From the NCBI RefSeq assembly GCF_003019035.1, contig NZ_CP027447.1: DNA of 64,000 nucleotides; one strand, written 5' to 3'. The stretch is from Escherichia coli (lineage in GTDB: Bacteria > Pseudomonadota > Gammaproteobacteria > Enterobacterales > Enterobacteriaceae). Shown piece by piece: positions 44,033 through 53,209 of this stretch. The position numbers were made by a program, and so were the translations under genes. The notes under the pieces were generated by a model. It worked only from the letters and a program-made list of their open reading frames with translations. It searched no databases and was not told the origin of the DNA. The stretch's first letter is position 1; each line of letters begins with the position of its first letter.

Positions 44033-44496
44033 TGAACGTTCTGCCCGTCCTTGATGCGGTACTGGCCCGGTTACGCGAGAAGCTGCCGCAACTGCAGGTG
44101 GAGTACTTCCCGGAGAAACCGGCTGAATATCGCCTGAACCATCCGGTTGGCGCGTTGCTGCTGAGCTATGCCGGTTCGCGCTTTGACAGGCCGGATGATA
44201 CCGGTGCGGTGATCCAGTCTCAGACTATCCAGCTCTACGTCACGGTGGTCTTCCGCCAGCTCAACGGTAAAAAAGGGGCGATTAATGTCCTGGATGCTGT
44301 CCGCCGCATTCTCGGCGGCCACACCCCGCCCGGCTGCCGCCGCCGTATCTGGCTGACCCGCGAGGTGTTCATCGGTGAAGTCAGGGGGCTGTGGCAATAC
44401 GCCCTCGACTTCGCGACTGAAAGCGTCTTTATCGAAGACAGCGATTTACCGTCCGGCCCGCTGTTAACCGAAGTGAACTATGAGGAAAGCGAGTGA
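44032..44496 (+). CDS. Mu gp37-like tail completion/neck protein
   Basis: 154 aa with an ATGA overlap. The call is by position. Confidence 0.55.
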   Translation: MNVLPVLDAVLARLREKLPQLQVEYFPEKPAEYRLNHPVGALLLSYAGSRFDRPDDTGAVIQSQTIQLYVTVVFRQLNGKKGAINVLDAVRRILGGHTPPGCRRRIWLTREVFIGEVRGLWQYALDFATESVFIEDSDLPSGPLLTEVNYEESE

Positions 44497-44747
44497 TGAA
44501 AGAATACCGCTATTCCGGCCCGGCCAGCGGCGTCACGCTGTGGGACGGAACCGAAATCCTGCTCTGGCCGGGGAAGACGGTTTCCCTGCCGGAGGAGCAT
44601 GACTACGTGAAGGTACTGGTGGCGCTGAAGCATCTGACGCCGGTACCAGAAGATACTAAACCCGCCGTCACACCGGCAGTGCAGTCACCAAAGCGCAGAA
44701 GCAGCAGTGACAGCGAAGTGAAAACGGAGGACTCCCATGGCAGCTAA
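44493..44747 (+). CDS. hypothetical protein (84 aa)
   Basis: Coupled ORF between the neck and sheath genes. Confidence 0.5.
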   Translation: MMKEYRYSGPASGVTLWDGTEILLWPGKTVSLPEEHDYVKVLVALKHLTPVPEDTKPAVTPAVQSPKRRSSSDSEVKTEDSHGS

Positions 44748-46164
44748 CTATCTGCATGGCGTCGAAACCATTGAGGTGGAAAACGGAGCCCGCCCGGTTA
44801 AAACGGTGAAATCTGCCGTTATTGGCCTGATTGGTACCGCCCCGATGGGGGATGTCAATACGCTGGTACAGTGCCTGTCTGAGAAAGACGCTGCGGCATT
44901 TGGCAGCCAGTTCACCGGCTTTACCATTCCGCAGGCGCTGGATGCGATTTATGACCATGGTGCAGGCACCGTTCTGGTCATTAACGTACTCGATCCGTCT
45001 GTGCATAAAACCGCTGTGGTCAGTGAGAATGTGTCGTTCGACAAGGCGACAGGCAGAGCCCGGCTGGCTAATCCGGTGGTCGCGCAGCTGGTACTGAAAC
45101 CGGACAGCGACGGTCAGCCTTATGTTGAAGGTCAGGACTACTCGCTTGATGCACAGACCGGGGTGATTACTAACCTGGGTAAAAGCATTGCTGCAGATGC
45201 AACGGTGAAGGCCAGCTATAACTATGCTGATCCGACCAAAGTCACCCCGGCTGATATCATCGGTACCGTTAACGCTGCAGGCAACCGTACCGGCATGAAG
45301 CTGCTTAACGACAGTTTTAACCTGTTTGGCTACTTCGCCAAAATCCTGATTGCTCCGGTATTCTGCACCCAGAATAGCGTCTCGGTTGAGCTTATCGCCA
45401 TGGCTGAGAAACTGGGAGCAGTAACCTATATTGATGCGCCGGTTGGTACCACTTTTGCGCAGGCTCTGGCGGGACGTGGCCCGGAAGGCACCATTAACTT
45501 TAATACCAGCTCTGACCGTGTCCGCCTGTGCTACCCGCATGTGAAGGTATATGACCCGGTGACGAACACGGAGCGTCTGGAGCCACTGAGCCAGCGTGCG
45601 GCGGGCCTGCGTGCCAAAGTCGACCTGGACAAAGGGTACTGGTGGTCATCCTCCAATCAGGAAATTCTGGGGATCACCGGCGTGGAGCGCCAGCTGTCGG
45701 CAATGATTGACGATCCGCAGAGCGAGGTGAACCTGCTTAACGAACAGGGGATCACCACGGTATTCAGCAGTTACGGCAGCGGCCTTCGTCTGTGGGGTAA
45801 CCGGACGGCAGCATGGCCAACGGTCACCCATATGCGTAACTTTGAGAACGTTCGCCGCACCGGTGATGTGATCAACGAGTCCATTCGTTACTTCAGCCAG
45901 CAGTACATCGACATGCCGATTACTCAGGCGCTGATTGATGCACTGACGGAGTCGGTCAACGCCTACGGTCGCAAAATGACTGGTGATGGTGCGGTACTGG
46001 GCTTCCGTTGCTGGTTTGATCCGGCCCGCAATCCGGAGACGGAGCTGGCCGCCGGGCACCTGTTGCTGAGCTACAAATATACGCCACCACCGCCGCTGGA
46101 GCGACTGACGTTTGAGACTGAAATCACCTCGGAATACCTGTTAACCCTGAAAGGGGGCAACTGA
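44737..46164 (+). CDS. contractile tail sheath protein (P2 FI-like)
   Basis: MAANYLHGVETIEVENGARPVKTVKSAVIGLIGTAP...LRLWGNRT...YKYTPPPPLERLTF parallels recalled P2 FI. Confidence 0.9.
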   Translation: MAANYLHGVETIEVENGARPVKTVKSAVIGLIGTAPMGDVNTLVQCLSEKDAAAFGSQFTGFTIPQALDAIYDHGAGTVLVINVLDPSVHKTAVVSENVSFDKATGRARLANPVVAQLVLKPDSDGQPYVEGQDYSLDAQTGVITNLGKSIAADATVKASYNYADPTKVTPADIIGTVNAAGNRTGMKLLNDSFNLFGYFAKILIAPVFCTQNSVSVELIAMAEKLGAVTYIDAPVGTTFAQALAGRGPEGTINFNTSSDRVRLCYPHVKVYDPVTNTERLEPLSQRAAGLRAKVDLDKGYWWSSSNQEILGITGVERQLSAMIDDPQSEVNLLNEQGITTVFSSYGSGLRLWGNRTAAWPTVTHMRNFENVRRTGDVINESIRYFSQQYIDMPITQALIDALTESVNAYGRKMTGDGAVLGFRCWFDPARNPETELAAGHLLLSYKYTPPPPLERLTFETEITSEYLLTLKGGN

Positions 46165-46685
46165 TGTCAAAGATTGAGATAAACCGAATCACGAATGCCA
46201 ACATCTATCTGGATGGTACTAACCTGCTGGGACGGGCTGAGGAAGTTAAACTCCCCGATGTCTCCATGATTATGCAGGAGCACAAGGCACTGGGGATGGT
46301 GGGTAAGGTGGAACTCCCGGCTGGTTTTGACAAACTGGAAGGCGAAATCAAATGGAACAGCTTTTACCGCGATGCGATGTTGTCTGCCGCGAACCCGTAC
46401 AGGTCGCTGGCGCTGCAGTGTCGCTCCAGCGTCCAGCGCTACAGCTCGCAGGGGCTGATCGACGAAATCCCGCTGGTCACCTTCCTGACAATTATGTTCA
46501 AGAAGAACCCGCTGGGGACGTTCAAACAGCACGAGAACGCCGAGTTCTCCAGTAGCTTCACCTGCACGTATATCAGACAGGTACTGGATGGTGAAGAGTT
46601 GCTGCAACTGGACTATCTGGCCAACATCTTCCGCGTCGGTGGCGTTGATCAACTGACTGACTATCGAATCAATATCGGGGGCTGA
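46164..46685 (+). CDS. tail tube protein (P2 FII-like)
   Basis: 173 aa. NANIYLDGTNLLGRAEEVKLP...GVDQLTDYRINIGG resembles the FII pattern. Confidence 0.85.
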   Translation: MSKIEINRITNANIYLDGTNLLGRAEEVKLPDVSMIMQEHKALGMVGKVELPAGFDKLEGEIKWNSFYRDAMLSAANPYRSLALQCRSSVQRYSSQGLIDEIPLVTFLTIMFKKNPLGTFKQHENAEFSSSFTCTYIRQVLDGEELLQLDYLANIFRVGGVDQLTDYRINIGG

Positions 46686-46687
46686 CG

Positions 46688-46969
46688 GTGAGTGTTGAAC
46701 TGACTGACAAAGGAGGGCGATGTGCGTCACTGGGCATGTCAAATGGTACGTGGTTTACCCTCCTTGATATTCCGGGGGTGGAGACCCTCTTTAATACCCG
46801 TAAAACCAATGACCCGATTGACTGCACACGTTCAAAGGCCCGCAAACTGGCCGATTTGATTGAAGCATGGGAGCCGCCCGACCAGTGGTTCTCCGGCACC
46901 GGCAACTCTGAGGGAAAGGCGCTTCTCATCGCTTTCCTGCGTAACTGCAAGGGTTTTCGCACTTGCTGA
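46688..46969 (+). CDS. orphan 93-aa protein between the tube and tail-chaperone genes
   Basis: GTG start 2 nt after the tube stop. It contains four Cys. It is followed directly by a terminator. Confidence 0.45.
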   Translation: MSVELTDKGGRCASLGMSNGTWFTLLDIPGVETLFNTRKTNDPIDCTRSKARKLADLIEAWEPPDQWFSGTGNSEGKALLIAFLRNCKGFRTC

Positions 46970-46976
46970 CATCACA

Positions 46977-46998
46977 GGGGCTCCGGCCCCTTCTTTTT
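46977..46998 (+). terminator. rho-independent terminator inside the tail region
   Basis: GGGGC-TCCG-GCCCC followed by TTCTTTTT. Confidence 0.6.
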
Positions 46999-47006
46999 AA
47001 TCCCCT

Positions 47007-47045
47007 TTAATATCCGTCACGTCCACCGCCAGACATACTGCTCTG
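47007..47045 (+). promoter_or_regulatory. late-promoter-like bipartite motif, copy 3 (upstream of the tail chaperone gene)
   Basis: TTAATATC at 47007 and CTGCTCTG at 47038, spacing 31 nt. The flanking CCTTTAATATC is shared with copy 4. Confidence 0.35.
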
Positions 47046-47066
47046 AATTTACAAAGGAGTATGATC

Positions 47067-47402
47067 ATGTCACAGACCCAGTCCGATACTTTTACGCTGT
47101 CTTATCCTTTCACCACTGCTGCAGGTACCAGAATTGAACAGATTGAACTGAAACGCCTGACAGTAAAAGACCTGAAGCAGGTGCGCAAAATCAACAAAGA
47201 CCCGACAGACTGGGACGAACCACTGATTGCCCGTAGCACCGGTATCCTCCCGGAAGACCTCGATAACATGGATCTTGCCGACTATATGGAGCTGCAGAAA
47301 CGATTTCAGAAAATCACTGGGCTGGGCAAGAGCGACAAAAACACTGATGCAGGCGCAGGGCCTGCTGGCGAGATGGTTCAGGTTTCAACCGGGGGAGATT
47401 GA
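47067..47402 (+). CDS. tail assembly chaperone (P2 gpE-like)
   Basis: MSQTQSDTFTLSYPFTTAAGTRIEQIELKRLTVKDLKQV. SD AAGGAG lies 7 nt upstream of the ATG at 47067. Confidence 0.75.
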   Translation: MSQTQSDTFTLSYPFTTAAGTRIEQIELKRLTVKDLKQVRKINKDPTDWDEPLIARSTGILPEDLDNMDLADYMELQKRFQKITGLGKSDKNTDAGAGPAGEMVQVSTGGD

Positions 47403-47484
47403 TGCCCTCGATACTGACGATCTGGAGATGTGGCTGGAGCAGGCTGAAGAGCAAATCAAAAGCGAGTTCGGCGACAATCAGTAA
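47067..47484 (+). CDS. frameshift-extended chaperone (gpE+E'-like); the shift site is somewhere in 47227..47399
   Basis: An overlapping ORF (47227..47484) in the +1 frame encodes ...WFRFQPGEIDALDTDDLEMWLEQAEEQIK. Fusion of the two frames is inferred by analogy with P2 E/E+E'. Confidence 0.55.
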
Positions 47485-47577
47485 CAACGTATCACTTAAC
47501 AGCCGCCAGTCGCGGCTGTTCTGCATGGGTTTCAGACACTTCCCTTCCGTTTTTTTTGCTTTCAGAGGATAGCCACC

Positions 47578-50043
47578 GTGGCCAGTGAATTTTCAGTCGG
47601 CGTCATTATTGGCGGCATTGTCGGGAGCAGCTTCCGCTCAGCCGTCAGTGGCACCCGACGCGCCCTTGATTCCCTTGGTGATACCTCCCGCCGTCTGCAG
47701 GAACGCCAGAATGCCTTAACCCGGGCAACAGAACGTTATGGTCAACTGGGTTCTTCCCGGATGCAGCATCTCAACAGCGAGTTGCTGCGGGTAAGCCGCA
47801 CCATGGAGCAAATTGAACGTCAGCAGCGCCGTCTGTCAGCAGTATCAGCCACCGGTGATGCGTTGAAGGCTAACCGCCTGGCGCTCTATGGTCAGGGTGC
47901 AGAAACCTATGCTATTGGCAGAACGCTGGGCGCACCGGTCATGGCCTCGGTTAAACAATATGCCTCGTTTGAATCACAGTTGCGGGATATCAGTGTCACA
48001 GGAGACCTGGATGCAAAACAGGAACGTGCAATTGGCCAGGCTATCAGACAGGCCTCGCTGAAGGTTAACCAACTGCAGGAGTCTCTGTTAGGGGGAGTCG
48101 GACAATTAGTTGCTGATGGTATGGCCCCCGAACGGGCAGCAACGTTTGCAGAGATGCTTGGAAAGACCGCTACAGCAACCAAAGCCGATATGACCGACCT
48201 TGCCAAAATGACTTATGCCTTCAGCGATGCACTCAGAATCACTGATGCGAAAGAACTTGAACAGGCGTTTGGTATTGCGGCAACAGGAGCCAAACTTGGG
48301 TCATTTGAGCTGAAGGATATGGCAAAAGCATTACCCGGTATGGCTAAAGCCTTCGCTGCTCGTGGTATTTATGGAAAAGATGCGATTACCCAGATTGTTG
48401 CCAGTCTGGAGGTCGGTAAAGGTAGTGGCTCTGCAGAGGAAGCGGTCACCAATATGTCCAACTGGCTGGCAGCAATGGGCCGCGGAGATACCATCCAGAA
48501 ATATGCTAAAGCCGGGGTGGATTACCAGGGGTCAATGCAGAATTACGTCGCTCAGGGTTTTTCGCAGTACGAAGCTTCACTGATGATTGCCAACCGTTTT
48601 ATCGACAGTAAAGGCAAAGCGTTCTTGCAGCAATGGAAAGCTGCAGGAGCAAGAGGCGATCAGGAAGGTCAGCAGAAACTCATGGAGTCATTTGGTCTGG
48701 CTGAGGTCTTTACCGATATTCAGACTGTCAACCATTTACTGTCAATGCGACAGGGCTGGGATAAATACCTTTCCAGTAAGCAGGAAATGAATGCTCCGGC
48801 TGCAATGTCTACCCTGGATAAGGATGCTGCAAAGCAGAATGATACGCTTGAAGGTCGCTGGCGCAGAATGCAGATCGGCTTTAATGATTCTGCTATCAGC
48901 ATCGGGCAATCCTTGCGTCCGGCTTTGCTCCAGTTGGGTGAAACATTTATTCCTTTAATGGACAGCGTCGGCAAATGGATAGCGGCAAATCCGCAGCTCG
49001 TCAGCAGCACCATAAAGGTTGTGGGCGCATTACTCGCTTTCAGGATGGCCACTATCGGTCTCAAGTTTGGGCTGAATCTCCTTATTTCCCCCTTTGTAAG
49101 CGTCTGGAAAAATGCTGTTTTACTTCGGGCCAACTGGCTTCGTCTGATGCTCGCACTGGGGGAAGGCGGTAAACTCCGCTGGCTGGTGACAGGCTTTGGT
49201 GCCGTCGCCAGAGGAGCCAGAACACTGGGGGGTGTGCTCTCAGGGGGGCTGGTTCGCGGAATTATGAGCGCCGGGCGTGCCGTTCTCTGGATTGGCCGGG
49301 CGCTGATGATGAATCCCATCGGTCTCGCTATCACCGCCGTCGCGGCAGCAGCTTACCTTATCTACCGCAACTGGGGCGCGGTCAGTAGCTGGTTTAAACA
49401 GCGCTGGGCTGACATTCAGGAAGCCTTTAACGGCGGTATCGCGGGAATTGGTAAACTGCTGGTTAACTGGTCTCCGGCAGGTCTGCTTTATAAAGCCTTT
49501 GCGGCTGCGCTGAAATATCTCGGCGTTGATTTGCCGGCGAAATTCACCGACTTCGGTGGTCATCTTATTGACGGGCTGATAAATGGCATCAGAAACAAAT
49601 GGGAGTCACTGAAAACCAGCATAACCGGAATGGGTGACAGCATCAGTGACTGGTTCAGCGAAAAGCTGGGCATCCATTCACCGAGTCGCGTGTTTATAGG
49701 CTTTGGTGACAATATCGCGCAGGGTGCCGCCATTGGCCTGCAACGGACCACTCCGCTTGCTGCACTGGCCGGGCAGCGCCTGGCCGCTGAAATGACACCG
49801 GATGTTCCCCGTATCCCGTCGCCGGAAATCATGGCTGCCGGATATTCAGGCCGTGGCGCAACGGCAACCGGCGGTGGAGCGTCTGGCGGTATCCAGGTCA
49901 GCTTTAATCCTCAGTTTTTCCTCAATGGTAAGGAAACCGCAGCGCCTGCCGGGCTGACTGGTGCCCTGAATATGAGCCTGCATGAGCTGGAAAAAATGCT
50001 GGAGCGTCTGCTGGCTCAGAAACAACGTAAGGAGTACAGCTGA
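47578..50043 (+). CDS. tail tape measure protein
   Basis: 821 aa, alpha-helical and Ala/Gly-rich with hydrophobic central segments. GTG start. Confidence 0.85.
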   Translation: MASEFSVGVIIGGIVGSSFRSAVSGTRRALDSLGDTSRRLQERQNALTRATERYGQLGSSRMQHLNSELLRVSRTMEQIERQQRRLSAVSATGDALKANRLALYGQGAETYAIGRTLGAPVMASVKQYASFESQLRDISVTGDLDAKQERAIGQAIRQASLKVNQLQESLLGGVGQLVADGMAPERAATFAEMLGKTATATKADMTDLAKMTYAFSDALRITDAKELEQAFGIAATGAKLGSFELKDMAKALPGMAKAFAARGIYGKDAITQIVASLEVGKGSGSAEEAVTNMSNWLAAMGRGDTIQKYAKAGVDYQGSMQNYVAQGFSQYEASLMIANRFIDSKGKAFLQQWKAAGARGDQEGQQKLMESFGLAEVFTDIQTVNHLLSMRQGWDKYLSSKQEMNAPAAMSTLDKDAAKQNDTLEGRWRRMQIGFNDSAISIGQSLRPALLQLGETFIPLMDSVGKWIAANPQLVSSTIKVVGALLAFRMATIGLKFGLNLLISPFVSVWKNAVLLRANWLRLMLALGEGGKLRWLVTGFGAVARGARTLGGVLSGGLVRGIMSAGRAVLWIGRALMMNPIGLAITAVAAAAYLIYRNWGAVSSWFKQRWADIQEAFNGGIAGIGKLLVNWSPAGLLYKAFAAALKYLGVDLPAKFTDFGGHLIDGLINGIRNKWESLKTSITGMGDSISDWFSEKLGIHSPSRVFIGFGDNIAQGAAIGLQRTTPLAALAGQRLAAEMTPDVPRIPSPEIMAAGYSGRGATATGGGASGGIQVSFNPQFFLNGKETAAPAGLTGALNMSLHELEKMLERLLAQKQRKEYS

Positions 50044-50927
50044 TGTTTGCCGTACTGGGTGATATTGAGTTTGAACTGATTACCTACTGGGACGGCTTCG
50101 AGGCCACGTTTGGCGTCGATTATGCGGAGCATGCCCGCATCGAGGGTAAACCCGGCCTGCAGTTCGTCGGCGACAGGCTGGACGAAATCCAGATAAGCCT
50201 GGTCTTCCATCAGCATTATTGTGTGCCCGACGTGGAGCTGGCGAGAGTGCGAACAGCCATGAAGGCCCATCAGGCACTGGCGCTGGTCTTCGGCAACGGT
50301 GACTATCGCGGCTGGTTCGTGATTACCGATGTGACCGCAACCAGCGAGCAGACAGACAGCACCGGTAACGTGCTGGCTGTCAGTGCCACCGTGTCTCTCC
50401 GGGAATACACCGGTGACCCGAAAAATCCTCTGCAACCGCCGGCAATACGCAGGCAGGTTCCCGGTGCCGGGGCCGTATCTGGTGCTGTTCCATCGCCTTC
50501 CGGGGTGGCGCAGTTCGTCCGTAACGGCGTCAACTATGCGAAACAGGCGCAGTCTGTACTCCAGACCACCATCAGTGCCGTTCGGGTGGCACAGAAAATG
50601 AAGGGTAACCCTGTTGTCGCGCTGACCCGTGTACCGGGACTGATGAGCGGACTGGGTAATATATCCGTGGCTCTGGGGAAAAGTGTTCCGGCGTTTAATG
50701 CACTCTCTGAATCCATGCCCGATGCCATCAGTCTGGCCAGAACAGCCAGTGAGGCAGCCACGTATGTACAGCAGGCGCAGTCGGCGCTGAGTGGTGTGGA
50801 CAAAAGAAATATTGCAGGTGCTCTGGATACCGTTTCCGGGCAGCTTAACGCCGCCGGCACAGCATTCAACCGCATGTCTCCGGGATTAAGTGCAATGGCC
50901 GCCAGAATACTGACGAGGAGTGTGTGA
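50043..50927 (+). CDS. P2 gpU-like tail protein (Mu N/gp43-like)
   Basis: MFAVLGDIEFELI...IQISLVFHQHY...GWFVITDV is a gpU-type N-terminal domain. Confidence 0.75.
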   Translation: MFAVLGDIEFELITYWDGFEATFGVDYAEHARIEGKPGLQFVGDRLDEIQISLVFHQHYCVPDVELARVRTAMKAHQALALVFGNGDYRGWFVITDVTATSEQTDSTGNVLAVSATVSLREYTGDPKNPLQPPAIRRQVPGAGAVSGAVPSPSGVAQFVRNGVNYAKQAQSVLQTTISAVRVAQKMKGNPVVALTRVPGLMSGLGNISVALGKSVPAFNALSESMPDAISLARTASEAATYVQQAQSALSGVDKRNIAGALDTVSGQLNAAGTAFNRMSPGLSAMAARILTRSV

Positions 50928-51139
50928 TGTTTCTTGAACATATTACCCGTGACGGAGAGCGCTGGGATTCGCTGGCATGGCAGTACTACGGTGACCCGCT
51001 GGGCTATCCCCGGATTATTGCAGCCAATCCGCACGTGGCCATTACGCCGGTGCTGCCCTCCGGGTTGTTGTTACTGATCCCGGTTATTGAGGCTGAAGAT
51101 GCCCGTACAGAAGAGGATATTGCCCCATGGCTGAGATAA
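50924..51139 (+). CDS. P2 gpX-like tail protein
   Basis: 71 aa. GERWDSLAWQYYGDP...IIAANPHV...LLLIP resembles the gpX pattern. Confidence 0.75.
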   Translation: MMFLEHITRDGERWDSLAWQYYGDPLGYPRIIAANPHVAITPVLPSGLLLLIPVIEAEDARTEEDIAPWLR

Positions 51140-52281
51140 ACAGTACTGCGCAAGCCACATCAGCGTTAACCGGCGTCAGCGATGTGCTGACGCCGGTATT
51201 CACTCTGTGGTATCTGCAGAAAAACATCACCTCTGATATCGCGCCTTATGTCACCCGTGTGGTCTGGAGCGATAACATCAAAAATGAGTCCGATACCATT
51301 GAGGTGGAGCTGGACGACACCGATGGCCGCTGGCTGGATAAGTGGTATCCGGGCAAGGGTGACACGCTGACGCTGAAAATGGGTTATCAGGGCGAGAAAC
51401 TGCTGTCCTGCGGTACATTCTCAATAGACGAGATCGAAGTGAGTTCGCCCGCGTCCGTTGTCGCTATCCGTGGGGTGGCCACCTCGGTTAACAGTGCTCT
51501 GCGGACTAAATCCAGCCGTGGTTTTGAGAACACCACGCTGGCAGCTGTTGCGGGGCGGATTGCCAGAAAGCACCGGCTGAAACTGGTGGGCAGCATTGAG
51601 TCCATCAGAATCGACCGGGTGACCCAGTATGCTGAAACCGACGTGGGTTTTCTGCGCCGGCTGGCCAGCGAGTATGGTTATGCAGTGAAAGTGGTCAGTG
51701 ACCAGTTGATTTTTTCTCATCTGGCCACACTGCGCAGTCAGGAGCCGGTCAGGCAGTTAAAACCGCAGGATGTGGCCTGCTTTTCCCTGCGTGACACCAT
51801 CAACCGGGTCTATAAATCTGCAAAGGTAAAACACCAGAAAAGCAGCAGTAAAAAACTGATCGTCTACGAAGCTGATGGTGGTACCCGTGAAAGCGACAAA
51901 AAGCTCAAAGGCGGTAAGGTTACCAGCGCTGACTCACTTAAAGTTAACAGCCGCGTCAGCGACCCGGACAGTGCCCGGATTAAAGCGGATTCAGCACTGG
52001 CCAGACATAACGAATACCAGCAGAACGGCTCCCTGACGCTGACGGGAACGCCTCAACTGACAGCAGGCAACAAAATTGAACTGGTGGGCTTTGGACAGTT
52101 ATCCGGTCCATGGCTGATAATCACTGCCCGCCATGCGTTTGAGCGTAACAGCGGCTACACCACAGAGCTGGAAGTGGCACGGGGGCCAGTCACAAGAGGG
52201 AAAAAACAAAAAACTCAGAAACTCACGGTTTATCACCCGGATGGCAGTACATCGACGGTGATTAAGGAGAAGAAAAAATGA
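51127..52281 (+). CDS. P2 gpD-like tail/baseplate hub protein
   Basis: 384 aa. The call is by position and the pattern (WYPGKGDTLTLKMGY...FSIDEIE). Confidence 0.8.
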   Translation: MAEINSTAQATSALTGVSDVLTPVFTLWYLQKNITSDIAPYVTRVVWSDNIKNESDTIEVELDDTDGRWLDKWYPGKGDTLTLKMGYQGEKLLSCGTFSIDEIEVSSPASVVAIRGVATSVNSALRTKSSRGFENTTLAAVAGRIARKHRLKLVGSIESIRIDRVTQYAETDVGFLRRLASEYGYAVKVVSDQLIFSHLATLRSQEPVRQLKPQDVACFSLRDTINRVYKSAKVKHQKSSSKKLIVYEADGGTRESDKKLKGGKVTSADSLKVNSRVSDPDSARIKADSALARHNEYQQNGSLTLTGTPQLTAGNKIELVGFGQLSGPWLIITARHAFERNSGYTTELEVARGPVTRGKKQKTQKLTVYHPDGSTSTVIKEKKK

Positions 52282-52805
52282 CTGGTGTCACCCGTCAGAT
52301 CGGTACGGTCAGTGCCGTTGATGCCGACAGGGTTCAGGCCCGCGTTCGTCTGCCTGAATGCGATAATCTGCGCACAAACTGGCTTAACGTGCTACAGCGC
52401 AATACCCAGGATAACAAGGATTACTGGCTCCCTGACGTGGGGGAGCAGGTTGAGGTGCTGCTCGATGCCAACGGCGAGGATGGTGTTATTCTGGGCGCGG
52501 TGTACTCAGACGTCGATAAACCGCCGTTCAGTGATAAAAACGTCCGGGGTACGAAATACGCTGATGGCGCGGAGTTCAGTTATAACCGCGCGACCCATAC
52601 GCTGACGGTCAGAGGAGGTATTGAGCGTATCGTGGTGGAGGTTGCCGCTGATATCTCTCTCAAAGGGAAAAAACTCGACCTCACGGGAGTTACCACGATC
52701 AACGGCCCCGCGACACTCAATGGTGATCTGGAAATCAACGGAAGCGCCCATGCAACGGGTAACATATTTGCTGATGGTCAGAACTCTAATCACCATTCCC
52801 ATTGA
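52278..52805 (+). CDS. baseplate spike protein (P2 gpV / Mu gp45-like)
   Basis: 175 aa. VRLPECDNLRTNWLNVLQ...WLPDVGEQVEVL is an OB-fold spike motif. Confidence 0.8.
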   Translation: MTGVTRQIGTVSAVDADRVQARVRLPECDNLRTNWLNVLQRNTQDNKDYWLPDVGEQVEVLLDANGEDGVILGAVYSDVDKPPFSDKNVRGTKYADGAEFSYNRATHTLTVRGGIERIVVEVAADISLKGKKLDLTGVTTINGPATLNGDLEINGSAHATGNIFADGQNSNHHSH

Positions 52806-52821
52806 ACCTTCTTAAACGCCT

Positions 52822-52861
52822 TTAATATCGGCGCTTACTTCCCGGGGGCAATACTGCCTCC
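52822..52861 (+). promoter_or_regulatory. late-promoter-like bipartite motif, copy 4 (upstream of the baseplate W gene)
   Basis: TTAATATC at 52822 and CTGCCTCC at 52854, spacing 32 nt. The second box abuts the ATG at 52862. Confidence 0.35.
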
Positions 52862-53209
52862 ATGAAAACGACCTCAGTATTCTGGCAACCAGCTCTGCAG
52901 GCTCCCGGCGAAATCGTCCGGGGGCTGGATGATATCCGGCAGTCCATCCAGATCATCCTGCGGACTCCCCGCGGCAGCGACCCGCATCGCCCGGAGTTCG
53001 GCAGCAATCTGCACCTTTATATCGACTGGCCTGTCGACCGGGCCATTCCGCATGTGGTTCGCGAATCCGTCGATGCCATCAGGCGCTGGGAACCCCGCTG
53101 CCAGCTTATGTCGGTTAAACCCGCCGTCGACGGCGAACATCTTACGCTCCGGGTGAGCTGGAAAGGCTCAGACGGACAACCCCGTACTCAGGAACTGCTA
53201 TGGCGCTGA
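52862..53209 (+). CDS. baseplate wedge protein (GPW/gp25-like)
   Basis: 115 aa. IRQSIQIILRTPRGSDPHRPEFGSNL is the hallmark motif. Confidence 0.8.
   Translation: MKTTSVFWQPALQAPGEIVRGLDDIRQSIQIILRTPRGSDPHRPEFGSNLHLYIDWPVDRAIPHVVRESVDAIRRWEPRCQLMSVKPAVDGEHLTLRVSWKGSDGQPRTQELLWR

Noticed and set aside
47498-47520. 9-bp-stem hairpin (AACAGCCGC-CAGTC-GCGGCTGTT) between the chaperone extension and the tape-measure gene
   Set aside because: No U-run follows it directly, and the tape-measure gene must be co-expressed with the chaperones. It was therefore not called as a terminator.
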